A stretch of 64,000 nt of DNA from the NCBI GenBank assembly GCA_965648915.1, contig CBFGIV010000007.1, positions 132-64,131 on the forward strand, written 5' to 3'. A program made the position numbers and the translations under genes. This document shows positions 19,883 through 29,305 of this stretch, one piece after another; the stretch's first letter is position 1, and the number at the start of each line of letters is the position of its first letter. The notes beneath the pieces are model-generated. The model was not told where the DNA came from. It worked only from the letters and a program-made list of their open reading frames with translations, and made no database searches. The DNA comes from a candidate division WOR-3 bacterium (GTDB lineage: Bacteria; Hydrothermota; Tepidihabitantia; SM23-42; CAYGYG01).

Positions 19883-19924
19883 ATTATACTGGTAAGTCTT
19901 AAAAAAAACTTAAAAGTTTCTTAA
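19883..19924 (-). promoter_or_regulatory. activator-dependent promoter: three TTAAG boxes phased at 11 bp, then TATAAT
   Basis: Plus-strand CTTAA at 19898, 19909 and 19920; minus-strand TATAAT at 19888-19883; no TTGACA. Confidence 0.55.
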
Positions 19925-19940
19925 AGATTTCTCCCTACCC

Positions 19941-22900
19941 TTACTTTCCTATAAGTTCATTATAGACACGAATAATTTCTGCCCCCGGCGCCCTACCAAG
20001 TTCTTTCTCAAAAATGAGAAGGAGTTGTTTATAGTGGTCGATCATTTTTTTATCAAGACCCAGGGCTTTATAACATTTCATTACATAGCAATGAATCTCT
20101 TCATTAAAGGGATCGATCTTTAACGACCTTTCAAAATACTCACAACTTCTTTTATAATCTTTTTTTTCAAAGAATATCCGTCCAAGATTATTCAAGCCCT
20201 CATTATATTCCTGCTTTATATAGTTTCTTATTGTTTCACACCAGGGATCGTAAATTTCAGGCAGAAATTCCTCTTGCCTAAGGTCCAGTCCCTGTAAATA
20301 ATATTCAATACGATACTCGGACTCCGTTTCACCCTTTGCTTTTTTCATAATTTGTTCAAACTTTTCAAAATCAGACGCATACTTAAAGGCGGGGTTGAGA
20401 TAGTAGAATTCCCGAGAGTGATTGATAATTTTAAATCCAAGTATTTGCTGGAATATCTTTCTTATAAACGAGATATTGGTATAGAGATTCTGTTCCCCTT
20501 TATTTTTATACCATCCCGGCCAGAAGATTTCAGTCAGCTGTTCCTTAGTGAACCTCTTCCCTGGATGGAGGACGAAATAACAGAAAAGCGATTTTGTTTT
20601 TTGCGTTGGCCAGTTCACCACCAATTTTTTACCGTTGGTTTTGAAAATTTCTAAACCCCCGAAGAATTTTATAACCAATCCATCTCTTTTTGTTGAAAAA
20701 TCCACCCCCTCTACCTCTTTAATTAAACTCTCAACATAATTGAAATTTATCTTCTGGTTATAAGCAAATTCAAGAAATGTCGCATCATTTTTGTATTCTT
20801 TCATCAGCAAAAAGTCATAGGACTTGGATTCTGCAATATCGAGACATTCATTAACTAAACGCCGCGCCCGGGATCGGTCATTTCTCTTGATGAGAGCCCG
20901 TGACAGGTAGAAAAGGCTTCGAAACTCAAAATAGGGAACTTTGAGGAATCGAGCAATCTTCAATGCTTTCCGATAAGAAACTATTGCCCCGGTTAAATTT
21001 TGGTTACTCTCTTCAATCTGTCCTTTAATAATTGTTAAGTTTAAAAGGTCGATATTATCCGTTTTTAGATTAACAAATAGTTTGGCCTGCTCGTAGAATT
21101 TATTGGCCCTAACACGATCACCCAACGCCAGATAAGTCGAAGCGAGATCAATCCGTGCCGCAAAATCTATTCTTCGCTCTTTAAGACTTCGATTGGCTTC
21201 TATGGCACGTTCATAGTAACTGATTGCCTGTTTATAATCGCCTTTACTTAAGTAGAATTGTCCGCGGGTACCAAGAAGATAAGTCAATGATCTGCGGTCG
21301 TTGAATTTACGGCAAATTTCTTCAGCCCTTTCCAGATAAATCCTTGCTTCATCTAGTCGGCCCAGGTCCAGGGCGATAGCGGTAGCGTTCCCGTATACAT
21401 TGCCCATCCAGGGCAGAACCGGCCCCTCATTTTCATATTCTTTTATAATTCGACTTAGTATCTCCATTGCCTTCTGAAATTCACCTCGCACTGAATAGAT
21501 AAAAGCAAGCCCGCAGGCAATATGAATATTGGCTTGAGAATCACTTATTTTTTGAGCTACTCTCCAGGCTTCGATCATATATTTCTCGGCGAGAGAAAGC
21601 CGACCCATTGCCTGAAAAATAACCGATATAGAGTGATAGATCTTGGTTAAAAGCAAATAATCGTTCTTAGGAGCAAGCCGACTGGCCTGTTTTTCAATTC
21701 TTAACGCCCTATCGACATTTCCCCGATAATGATATATCATACCCATCTCATTAAGTGTCAGGACACATATCTTTTTATTCCTTCCTTTCTTACAGCACAT
21801 ATAGACCTCGTCAAGGATAGCGAGGGCATCATCCCATCGTCCCCAGTGCCGGAGGATTTTGGCTTTGCTTAAATAAAGGTCAGGATTATCCTTCAGAGTT
21901 CGTATCGGTAATCTCTCCAGCCAATTGTAAAGCATGGCAAACATCCCGGCCGCCATTAATCTATTCAAAAACCTTCTAAGGGCATTCAGGGCATTTAAGT
22001 ACTTTTCGCCTGCAATAAAGTGTTCGATCGCTTGAATGAGATCACCTTTCTTTTCATAATAAATACCTGCTCGATAATGGAGGTGTCGCACCGCCTGTGC
22101 CCCGTACTGATTGGTTAATTGTTTTTTAAGAAATTCCCTGAAAAGACGATGATATTGATAAATCCCTGCATCTAAATAGGAGACAAAGAGATGGTTACGT
22201 TCAAGATATGTGAGAATTGCATCGGGATTTTTAATCCCCAAAAGAAAATGGCAATTTTTTTGATCCATCTGGTCAAGGATTGAAGAACGAAGAAGAAAGT
22301 CTCTAATTTGAGGTTTCTGTCGAGCGAGGATTTCTTTAGTAAAATAGTTAAAAATTGTCTCGCCAGAATGGAGGTAATTGTTAAGCACCGTATCGGTATT
22401 TTTCTCATTTTGGGTTAGCAAATTTTGAATGACGAGCCTCAAGGCAGTAATCCATCCTTCAGAATATTCCTTCAGACGATTGACCTCTTCTCCAGATAAG
22501 GTTATACCGGCTATTTTTTTAAATAACTTTTCAATCTCATCCCGGTCAAACATCATATCCCGGCGATCGATTTCGAGAAATTCCTGTCGGGCAATGAGTT
22601 TTGTTAAAGTGAATGGCGGCCTGATTCGTGTCGAGATGATAAAATGGAGAAACTCCGGACCAAAACAAAGGATAAAGTCCATAAATTGATTGATCTCTCG
22701 AGATTCAGCGAGATGATGATAATCGTCAAAGATAAAATAGATTGGCCTTCCTATCTTATCAACAATATCGTTTATAAGAATTGTGGCGCTCGATTCGAGA
22801 TTTCTTGTCTGTTGGTAATTTTCAACTGCCCGGGTAGTGAAATCTCTATTAATATTTGATATTCCAGAAGATAGGTAATTTAGAAAGACCGCAAGGTCGC

Positions 22901-23108
22901 GATCTTTTTCATCAATTTGATAATAAAAATAGGGAAATGGGAAATTGGTCAAAAGTTCTGACAGGATAGTAGTTTTACCATAACCGGCATCGGCACAGAT
23001 CAGTATAAATCGACGGTTAAGGTTTTTTCTAATATAGGAGACAAGTCGCGCCCTTGGAAGAAAATCATCTTTAAATTTTGGGGGAATTAGTTTAGTTAAC
23101 AATATCAC
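19941..23108 (-). CDS. MalT-like STAND ATPase / TPR / winged-HTH-BTAD (SARP-type) transcriptional regulator
   Basis: TKLIPP..LPRARL, Walker A ADAGYGKTT, FDDYH, EGWITAL, TPR array, C-terminal FFGGLEI..K.LFCYF..LRQEEFLPE..DPFNEEIH. Confidence 0.85.
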   Translation of the reverse strand: MILLTKLIPPKFKDDFLPRARLVSYIRKNLNRRFILICADAGYGKTTILSELLTNFPFPYFYYQIDEKDRDLAVFLNYLSSGISNINRDFTTRAVENYQQTRNLESSATILINDIVDKIGRPIYFIFDDYHHLAESREINQFMDFILCFGPEFLHFIISTRIRPPFTLTKLIARQEFLEIDRRDMMFDRDEIEKLFKKIAGITLSGEEVNRLKEYSEGWITALRLVIQNLLTQNEKNTDTVLNNYLHSGETIFNYFTKEILARQKPQIRDFLLRSSILDQMDQKNCHFLLGIKNPDAILTYLERNHLFVSYLDAGIYQYHRLFREFLKKQLTNQYGAQAVRHLHYRAGIYYEKKGDLIQAIEHFIAGEKYLNALNALRRFLNRLMAAGMFAMLYNWLERLPIRTLKDNPDLYLSKAKILRHWGRWDDALAILDEVYMCCKKGRNKKICVLTLNEMGMIYHYRGNVDRALRIEKQASRLAPKNDYLLLTKIYHSISVIFQAMGRLSLAEKYMIEAWRVAQKISDSQANIHIACGLAFIYSVRGEFQKAMEILSRIIKEYENEGPVLPWMGNVYGNATAIALDLGRLDEARIYLERAEEICRKFNDRRSLTYLLGTRGQFYLSKGDYKQAISYYERAIEANRSLKERRIDFAARIDLASTYLALGDRVRANKFYEQAKLFVNLKTDNIDLLNLTIIKGQIEESNQNLTGAIVSYRKALKIARFLKVPYFEFRSLFYLSRALIKRNDRSRARRLVNECLDIAESKSYDFLLMKEYKNDATFLEFAYNQKINFNYVESLIKEVEGVDFSTKRDGLVIKFFGGLEIFKTNGKKLVVNWPTQKTKSLFCYFVLHPGKRFTKEQLTEIFWPGWYKNKGEQNLYTNISFIRKIFQQILGFKIINHSREFYYLNPAFKYASDFEKFEQIMKKAKGETESEYRIEYYLQGLDLRQEEFLPEIYDPWCETIRNYIKQEYNEGLNNLGRIFFEKKDYKRSCEYFERSLKIDPFNEEIHCYVMKCYKALGLDKKMIDHYKQLLLIFEKELGRAPGAEIIRVYNELIGK

Positions 23109-23195
23109 AAATTTATTCTACCACCAAGAAATGAGTCTGTCAAGATTTTTTTGAAATTGGAATATTATGAAAAATGGAATCTGACCTAAATTAAA

Positions 23196-24617
23196 TCACA
23201 ATCGGCCGGCGCCATTTATATAAAAGTTCTCCCAGATGTCTCTGGTTTTTAAAGCAAGTTCGTTATCGTATTTAGCCATCTGCTTTTCGTATTCGGCATT
23301 AAGTAAAATCGCCCGGGCACCGTCATCGCCTGGTGTGGCGCCAGTTTCGATAACAAACTTTTTTGCCGTCAGGTAATGATCACGCATCGGGCAGGGTCTT
23401 AATAGATCGCCTTCACGCCAGTATTTAAACTGCCAGTTGCGTATTCGCTGATGGAATGGAATATTGATTAAATCATTGAGATTACCACCGCGGGTATATA
23501 TCTCCTTTATATTTGCTGCTGAATAAGGGAAGAAGACACAGGGATAGACATTTGCCTGCCAGTCAATGTAAAAATAACCCCCGGGTCTACCGGCTGATAT
23601 ACAACCATCAGAGACCGGGCCGTGATTCCAGAAATCGGCAAACATAATCTTCTTCTCTTTAATTATCTCCCAACTCTTTTGCCATAAATAAACTCGCTGT
23701 TCCGGGGTTGGGATTAACTGAGGATCGATATCGCGTCCGATCGGCATATAATGAAAGACCCAGGCATAGGCTGCTCCCATTCTATTAAAAAAGAAATCGA
23801 TAAATTGGTCTGAAACAATCTCCTCGACATTCTCCCGGGAAGCAGTAATTGAGATGCCGAAGGTTACCCTGTGTTTCTTTAACAGTTCTAAGGTCTTGAT
23901 AATCCGGCCAAAAAATCCTTTCCCCCGCCGCTTCTCAGTTGTTGACTCCAGCCCCTCGACTGAAATAGCAGGCGTTATGTTGCCAAGATCGGAAAACTTC
24001 TTAGCCACATCTTCATTAATCAGACTACCATTGGTATACATCAGAAAAAGTGAATCGGGGTTAGCCTCGAAGATATCAAGAATATTCTTATTCCCCCAGC
24101 GGTATAACAACGGCTCACCACCAGAGATAACAACGAAACGTGCTCCCCAGAGATCAACCATCTCCTTAATAATCCTCGAGAAAATTTCATACTCCAACTG
24201 TTCATTCTCAGAAGCCGAATTTGCATAACACCCTGGACAACGCAGGTTACATCTTTTCGCCGGTGATATCGTCACAAATCCTGGCGGGTCAAAGCCGAAT
24301 TGCGCCCGAAACTCCCTTTCCTTTTCAGCGCGGAGGTTACTTAAGATCGCCTTTTTAACAATCGTATCAACAAATCGGGAAGCAGAACCAAATCTAATTC
24401 CTGAATAAATCATTGCCTTCAGCATATAATATTTATCATCGATTACGCCCGGTAGCCCCACCGGGCCTGGAACATTCTTAATTGCCAGACGGATGCTTTT
24501 ATCAATAAGGGGAGAAAGGAAGTAGAACCCCAATGGATTCCTTCCAAAGGTAAAGATTAGATCAAGAATATTCTTTACTAAGAAATTATTAAATTTTACC
24601 TTATGTTCGACCTGCAC
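23196..24617 (-). CDS. radical SAM protein with SPASM/twitch-like C-terminus
   Basis: CNLRCPGC, ISGGEPL, YTNG, GCISAG..YPCVF. Confidence 0.88.
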   Translation of the reverse strand: MQVEHKVKFNNFLVKNILDLIFTFGRNPLGFYFLSPLIDKSIRLAIKNVPGPVGLPGVIDDKYYMLKAMIYSGIRFGSASRFVDTIVKKAILSNLRAEKEREFRAQFGFDPPGFVTISPAKRCNLRCPGCYANSASENEQLEYEIFSRIIKEMVDLWGARFVVISGGEPLLYRWGNKNILDIFEANPDSLFLMYTNGSLINEDVAKKFSDLGNITPAISVEGLESTTEKRRGKGFFGRIIKTLELLKKHRVTFGISITASRENVEEIVSDQFIDFFFNRMGAAYAWVFHYMPIGRDIDPQLIPTPEQRVYLWQKSWEIIKEKKIMFADFWNHGPVSDGCISAGRPGGYFYIDWQANVYPCVFFPYSAANIKEIYTRGGNLNDLINIPFHQRIRNWQFKYWREGDLLRPCPMRDHYLTAKKFVIETGATPGDDGARAILLNAEYEKQMAKYDNELALKTRDIWENFYINGAGRL

Positions 24618-24647
24618 AACGATATTATACTCAAAAATTCAGACTTG

Positions 24648-25133
24648 TCAATCCATACTTGAAAAAACTTTTTTAGTCAATTTTGCTAATTTATCGCCAT
24701 ATAATTCGCAACATTTGATTACTTCTTTATCGGGTTTCTCAATCCCCACCGGTCCATAATGATAAGAATCGCTCATACCCATAATAATCATTCCGTGGAT
24801 AAGAAAAGCCTCGAGGATACTCAGAATTGTCGTTTCACCACCCCCAGCAATACCACCGCTTGAGGTAAATGCCCCACCTACTTTACCCACCAATTGGCCG
24901 TGATACTTAACGCTATCATCAATTAATCTTTTCATCTCGCTTGCCATCAGTCCATAATAGGTCGGTGAACCAAAGATTATCAATTGATAGGTCAGAAGAT
25001 CTTTTGGTCTGATCTTTTCAATTGGCAGGAGATCAACCTCTATTTTCTCTTTTTCAACACCTCGGGCAATTGCCCGGGCCATAGCCTCAGTATTACCCGT
25101 GCGCGAATAATAACCAACCAATGCCTTCAACAT
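24648..25133 (-). CDS. flavodoxin / WrbA-like NAD(P)H-dependent oxidoreductase
   Basis: YYSRTGNT, GSPTYYG, GGAFTSSG, GGGETT. Confidence 0.88.
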   Translation of the reverse strand: MLKALVGYYSRTGNTEAMARAIARGVEKEKIEVDLLPIEKIRPKDLLTYQLIIFGSPTYYGLMASEMKRLIDDSVKYHGQLVGKVGGAFTSSGGIAGGGETTILSILEAFLIHGMIIMGMSDSYHYGPVGIEKPDKEVIKCCELYGDKLAKLTKKVFSSMD

Positions 25134-25327
25134 AGAACCTCCTTGAGGTTTTTATTATAAGGGAAAAATAAATACAGTCCACAATTAATTTTTCCTGACT
25201 TTTATAGTCTGCCGGGCGTATTTTTATCTCAATGTTTTAATGAAATTACAATTATTCTTTAACCCCGGATGCTCACCTGTATCGGTTTATGATAAACAAT
25301 GTCGTCTTGATTGTATCCCAGGATCAG

Positions 25328-25355
25328 TTTTTCGCTTTTTCGAAAAAGCGAAAAA
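25328..25355. repeat. perfect 28-bp palindrome
   Basis: TTTTTCGCTTTTTC / GAAAAAGCGAAAAA. Confidence 0.85.
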
Positions 25356-25443
25356 AAGAAAAAATTGAATTATTTTTACTTCTTGAACCAAAATTCCCTA
25401 AAATCTAAAAACTCTTTACCCGTTTGACTCTCTAACCCTTTTC

Positions 25444-25459
25444 GTTTCAATCCTTGTTT
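25444..25459 (-). CRISPR. orphan partial CRISPR repeat beyond the four-helix-bundle gene
   Basis: GTTTCAATCCTTGTTT matches 16 nt of the array repeat exactly. Confidence 0.7.
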
Positions 25460-25508
25460 CACAAGAAAGTCCACGGGGTCGTAGAGTCGTTCGTCAAAAG
25501 AGTCCTTA

Positions 25509-25874
25509 CTATACTTTCGATAAATAACGAACAAACTTTATTAACATCTTGGATGTTGTCTCGGCTAAAAAATAAATGTAATTAAACTGCTCTTGAGTTA
25601 TATATTTCTGGTCAAACGCTACATATAATGCAGATTGAACTTCAGCCGCAGAACCATGCGCTTGCACAAGAAATCTTGCAAACTCTTTATCAGTTTTTCG
25701 GGCAAAACCCTCAGCAATATTCAACATAATGGAAACCGAAGCTCTTCTTATTTGATCTCTCAGACCAAAATCCCTTCTAAAACCAGAAGATAAACTAATT
25801 TCGTATACTGCTTTTGTCAACTCCCTTGCCTTCTGCCACGCTTCAATATCTTCAAACCTTTTTATTCTTGCCAT
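25509..25874 (-). CDS. four helix bundle protein (23S rRNA-IVP/Avd-like family)
   Basis: RFEDIEAWQKAREL, LRDQIRRASVSI..NIAEGF, GSAAEV; SD AGGAAGG. Confidence 0.9.
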   Translation of the reverse strand: MARIKRFEDIEAWQKARELTKAVYEISLSSGFRRDFGLRDQIRRASVSIMLNIAEGFARKTDKEFARFLVQAHGSAAEVQSALYVAFDQKYITQEQFNYIYFLAETTSKMLIKFVRYLSKV

Positions 25875-25954
25875 ATGGATTCCTTCCTTTTTTAAAATTC
25901 CCTGACCCTTGACTCTCTGACCCCTTTGACCCTTCTGACTCTTAGGCCTTTTTC

Positions 25955-26726
25955 ATCTCAATCCTTGTTTTAATGGAACCTGCTTTCAAACTTATCCATT
26001 TTATCCATATCACTTATTATATCCATTTGTTTCAATCCTTGTTTTAATGGAACCTGCTTTCAAACCTTTTTTTGCTCAATCCAGAGACAATATATCAAAA
26101 TATGGTTTCAATCCTTGTTTTAATGGAACCTGCTTTCAAACAATATCTACCCTTCTTTTTTCGATTTAATGAATAAGTTTCAATCCTTGTTTTAATGGAA
26201 CCTGCTTTCAAACATGAAAAGGCAATAATCTTTTTGGCAAATATAATAAAGTTTCAATCCTTGTTTTAATGGAACCTGCTTTCAAACAAATTAAAATGAA
26301 GATAAAATGTAGAATTTGCGGGTTTCAATCCTTGTTTTAATGGAACCTGCTTTCAAACGGGTAGGCAGAGTTTATATCATAGAAATATATATTTTGTTTC
26401 AATCCTTGTTTTAATGGAACCTGCTTTCAAACTCCATTTTAACCTCTTTGTCAATAATTATGATGTATCGTTTCAATCCTTGTTTTAATGGAACCTGCTT
26501 TCAAACTTTGTATGTCCGATTATTCAGATTTCGATGGTACGTTTCAATCCTTGTTTTAATGGAACCTGCTTTCAAACTTTTTTGCTCAATCCAGCGACAA
26601 TATATCAAAATATGGTTTCAATCCTTGTTTTAATGGAACCTGCTTTCAAACTGGATATGGGGTGGAATGACAATAGTGCCAAGAATTATGTTTCAATCCT
26701 TGTTTTAATGGAACCTGCTTTCAAAC
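25955..26726 (-). CRISPR. CRISPR array, 11 repeats (37 nt) and 10 spacers (34-39 nt)
   Basis: Repeat GTTTGAAAGCAGGTTCCATTAAAACAAGGATTGAAAC on the minus strand. Plus-strand starts: 25955 (degenerate terminal), 26029, 26105, 26177, 26251, 26322, 26396, 26470, 26541, 26615, 26690. Confidence 0.98.
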
Positions 26727-26925
26727 AGCACTTTTCTCAAAAGTCCTTTATTCTCAACAAATTTTAATTTTTCACTCGGGGGTTTTTGAATGAATTTTGC
26801 TGTCAAAAACCCCTTAAAAGCAGCATTTTTTATCCTCATTTGCAAGCTCCAGTTCCCAACAAGTTATGAAATTTCAAAACAAATAAGTTGTCAAAGAACA
26901 AACACAAATAATTTTGCCTGAGCAG
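26727..26925 (-). promoter_or_regulatory. CRISPR leader
   Basis: AT-rich non-coding segment between cas4 and the intact end of the array, opposite the degenerate repeat; contains an 11-bp inverted repeat at 26779-26789/26803-26813. Confidence 0.8.
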
Positions 26926-27525
26926 TCACACACAAATATTCCGGTAACAACAATCAATACACCGATTGCGATATGAAGTTCGTTTTGGAAAATAACCCAT
27001 TAAAATCACCTTAAAAATCTCATCAATCACTTTTAAAGTATATTCAAAATCGGTGGGCTTGTAAAGTATCTCTTTCAAAGTTGCCCCCCCGCGCACATAA
27101 CATATATAACCTCTATAAACTGGTCTATTATAGATCTCTTTTATCAACATCGCATATAGCACAGACTGATATTTATGAGTTCGAAAAAGGTAATCATTAT
27201 ATTCAGTGTATTTATAATCCAATGGTGCCATAGAACCATCTTCAAGTGTGAGCACCTCGTCAACCACACCTCGCACTCTTATCTTTGGCGATGCAAGATA
27301 TACGCTCAACTCTTTTTTCACACACCCAATCTTTTTACGAAGATATTCTTTATTCTCTTTTTCTTTTCGGTCATGTAACTGTCTGCCCTTTATTACTTTG
27401 TATCTCAACTCCTCGTGCTGGGGAATTTTTAAACAATTCATAAAATATGTAAAACGAGGGCAGAATAAATGCTCAATCACCTCTGAAGGCGTTATCATTG
27501 GAGTGCTTTCAGAATCCAACTCCAT
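26926..27525 (-). CDS. cas4: CRISPR-associated exonuclease Cas4
   Basis: FCPR, RGVVD, DYK RecB motifs; C-terminal CxxCxxxxxC. Alternative start ATG27498. Confidence 0.93.
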   Translation of the reverse strand: MELDSESTPMITPSEVIEHLFCPRFTYFMNCLKIPQHEELRYKVIKGRQLHDRKEKENKEYLRKKIGCVKKELSVYLASPKIRVRGVVDEVLTLEDGSMAPLDYKYTEYNDYLFRTHKYQSVLYAMLIKEIYNRPVYRGYICYVRGGATLKEILYKPTDFEYTLKVIDEIFKVILMGYFPKRTSYRNRCIDCCYRNICV

Positions 27526-27546
27526 AACTCTCTAACTCCCCAACTC

Positions 27547-27879
<333 letters not shown>

Positions 27880-28275
27880 TCATATCTTAGAATAAGTTTG
27901 CCAGTTATTCATAAGAGAATAAAGCATAGCGTTAACTCTATCATATTTATCATCCAATCTTTTATAAGTACTTTCGTCCATGTATTTACAATCAAGTGCG
28001 AAATCCAACCAACCTCTCGTCTCTTCGCTTGAACCCAGAGCATCATTGAGATGTCGGATGAATATTTGTTCGTATTTTCTCTTAGCAAATCCTTCTCGTA
28101 CATTAATAGGAACCGACCTTGATGATCGTCTAATTTGGTCAATTAGCGAGTATTTTTCTTCAGGAGGAAACAATTTTGATATTTCAAATATTTCCATTGC
28201 CAGTTCATAAGATAATTGATACACTCTCAAATCCTTAATCGACCTAACAGATCGCCTCATTCTATCCTCTGTCAT
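27880..28275 (-). CDS. four helix bundle protein inserted between cas1 and cas2
   Basis: DLRVYQ, FPPEEKYSLIDQIRRSSRSV..NVREGF, GSSEET. Confidence 0.9.
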   Translation of the reverse strand: MTEDRMRRSVRSIKDLRVYQLSYELAMEIFEISKLFPPEEKYSLIDQIRRSSRSVPINVREGFAKRKYEQIFIRHLNDALGSSEETRGWLDFALDCKYMDESTYKRLDDKYDRVNAMLYSLMNNWQTYSKI

Positions 28276-28288
28276 CTGTCCTCTGTCT

Positions 28289-29260
28289 TCAGTCCTCGAT
28301 CAATCTGTTCGCTATGGCATGGCATTCAAACTGAATAATATCCGTCCTTTTAATATTTCTGCCGCAATACCGGATTGATTCGTTCATAAATGCAGTAAAA
28401 TTTTCAATCAGCATTGCCTTGCCTTCTTTATTTAAACTATAACCGTTTTCCAGTTTGTCAAAATGCTCCTGTTTAACCTTTCTTCCAGCAAAGAGATTTA
28501 CCACGGTCTCATCAGCCCAGATGCGAAAATTTTCTATTATATCAAAAACCAGAGATTTTTTATTATAATTGTCGGTATGAATAATGCCAACATAAGGATC
28601 AAGCCCGGCAATGATACAGGCCTTTTCCACTTTTGAATACAAAATTCCGTATGCGTAATTCAAAAGTGCGTTAAATTCATCCTTAGCTGGATTTCTGCTT
28701 CGGCCATCAAATCTATATCTATCTGGCATTAAAAAACTCAAGCATTCAAAATAGACCCTTCCCCCACTACCTTCAATCCCCATAATCGTGCCCCGTTTTT
28801 CTTCAATGGTGCCGGAAAGATTATCAAGTGATTCTCGGCAATTCTCTAATCTTTCAATATAAGCAGTAATTTCAGCAGACTTCTGGGTGCGTGTGGTACG
28901 AAGTCTCTTTAAGAATTCAATCTGATTTTCAAATTTCCTTATCACCCAGGAAAGGGCAAGTTTTAGTCCTTCCTCATTTTCGGCGATCTCAATCTGCCTT
29001 CTTCTTATCAGTGTTGTGCTGCCAATCCGGCTATGCCAGACCTGTCCATAAGGCTCTCCAAACTCATCAAGAAAGATAATATCAATATTATTCTCCATTG
29101 CCATCTTTATCGCATCGGTCGTAATATATGCAGCCGTGGTAATCAAAATTGAAGAGACCTTTTTGACAGAAATTTCAAAAACCTGGTCATCCCGTTTAAC
29201 CTTAAAACAATCACCTTCCTTGCAAAGATAAGAGCCATAACTATTTATGACTAACTGCAT
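28289..29260 (-). CDS. cas1: CRISPR-associated endonuclease Cas1
   Basis: MGIEG, NALLNYAYG, GLDPYVGIIH, LVFDIIENFR. Confidence 0.96.
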   Translation of the reverse strand: MQLVINSYGSYLCKEGDCFKVKRDDQVFEISVKKVSSILITTAAYITTDAIKMAMENNIDIIFLDEFGEPYGQVWHSRIGSTTLIRRRQIEIAENEEGLKLALSWVIRKFENQIEFLKRLRTTRTQKSAEITAYIERLENCRESLDNLSGTIEEKRGTIMGIEGSGGRVYFECLSFLMPDRYRFDGRSRNPAKDEFNALLNYAYGILYSKVEKACIIAGLDPYVGIIHTDNYNKKSLVFDIIENFRIWADETVVNLFAGRKVKQEHFDKLENGYSLNKEGKAMLIENFTAFMNESIRYCGRNIKRTDIIQFECHAIANRLIED

Positions 29261-29305
29261 AAATGTCTATTTTTCAGGAGTAAAAAATTGGCGAACGCAC
29301 CAGTA

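Noticed and set aside
25992-26689. Self-targeting spacers
   Set aside because: I saw no match elsewhere in the window by eye, apart from the two spacers matching each other; an exhaustive search was not possible.
26448-26767. ORFs 26448-26633 and 26534-26767
   Set aside because: Translations of CRISPR repeats and spacers.
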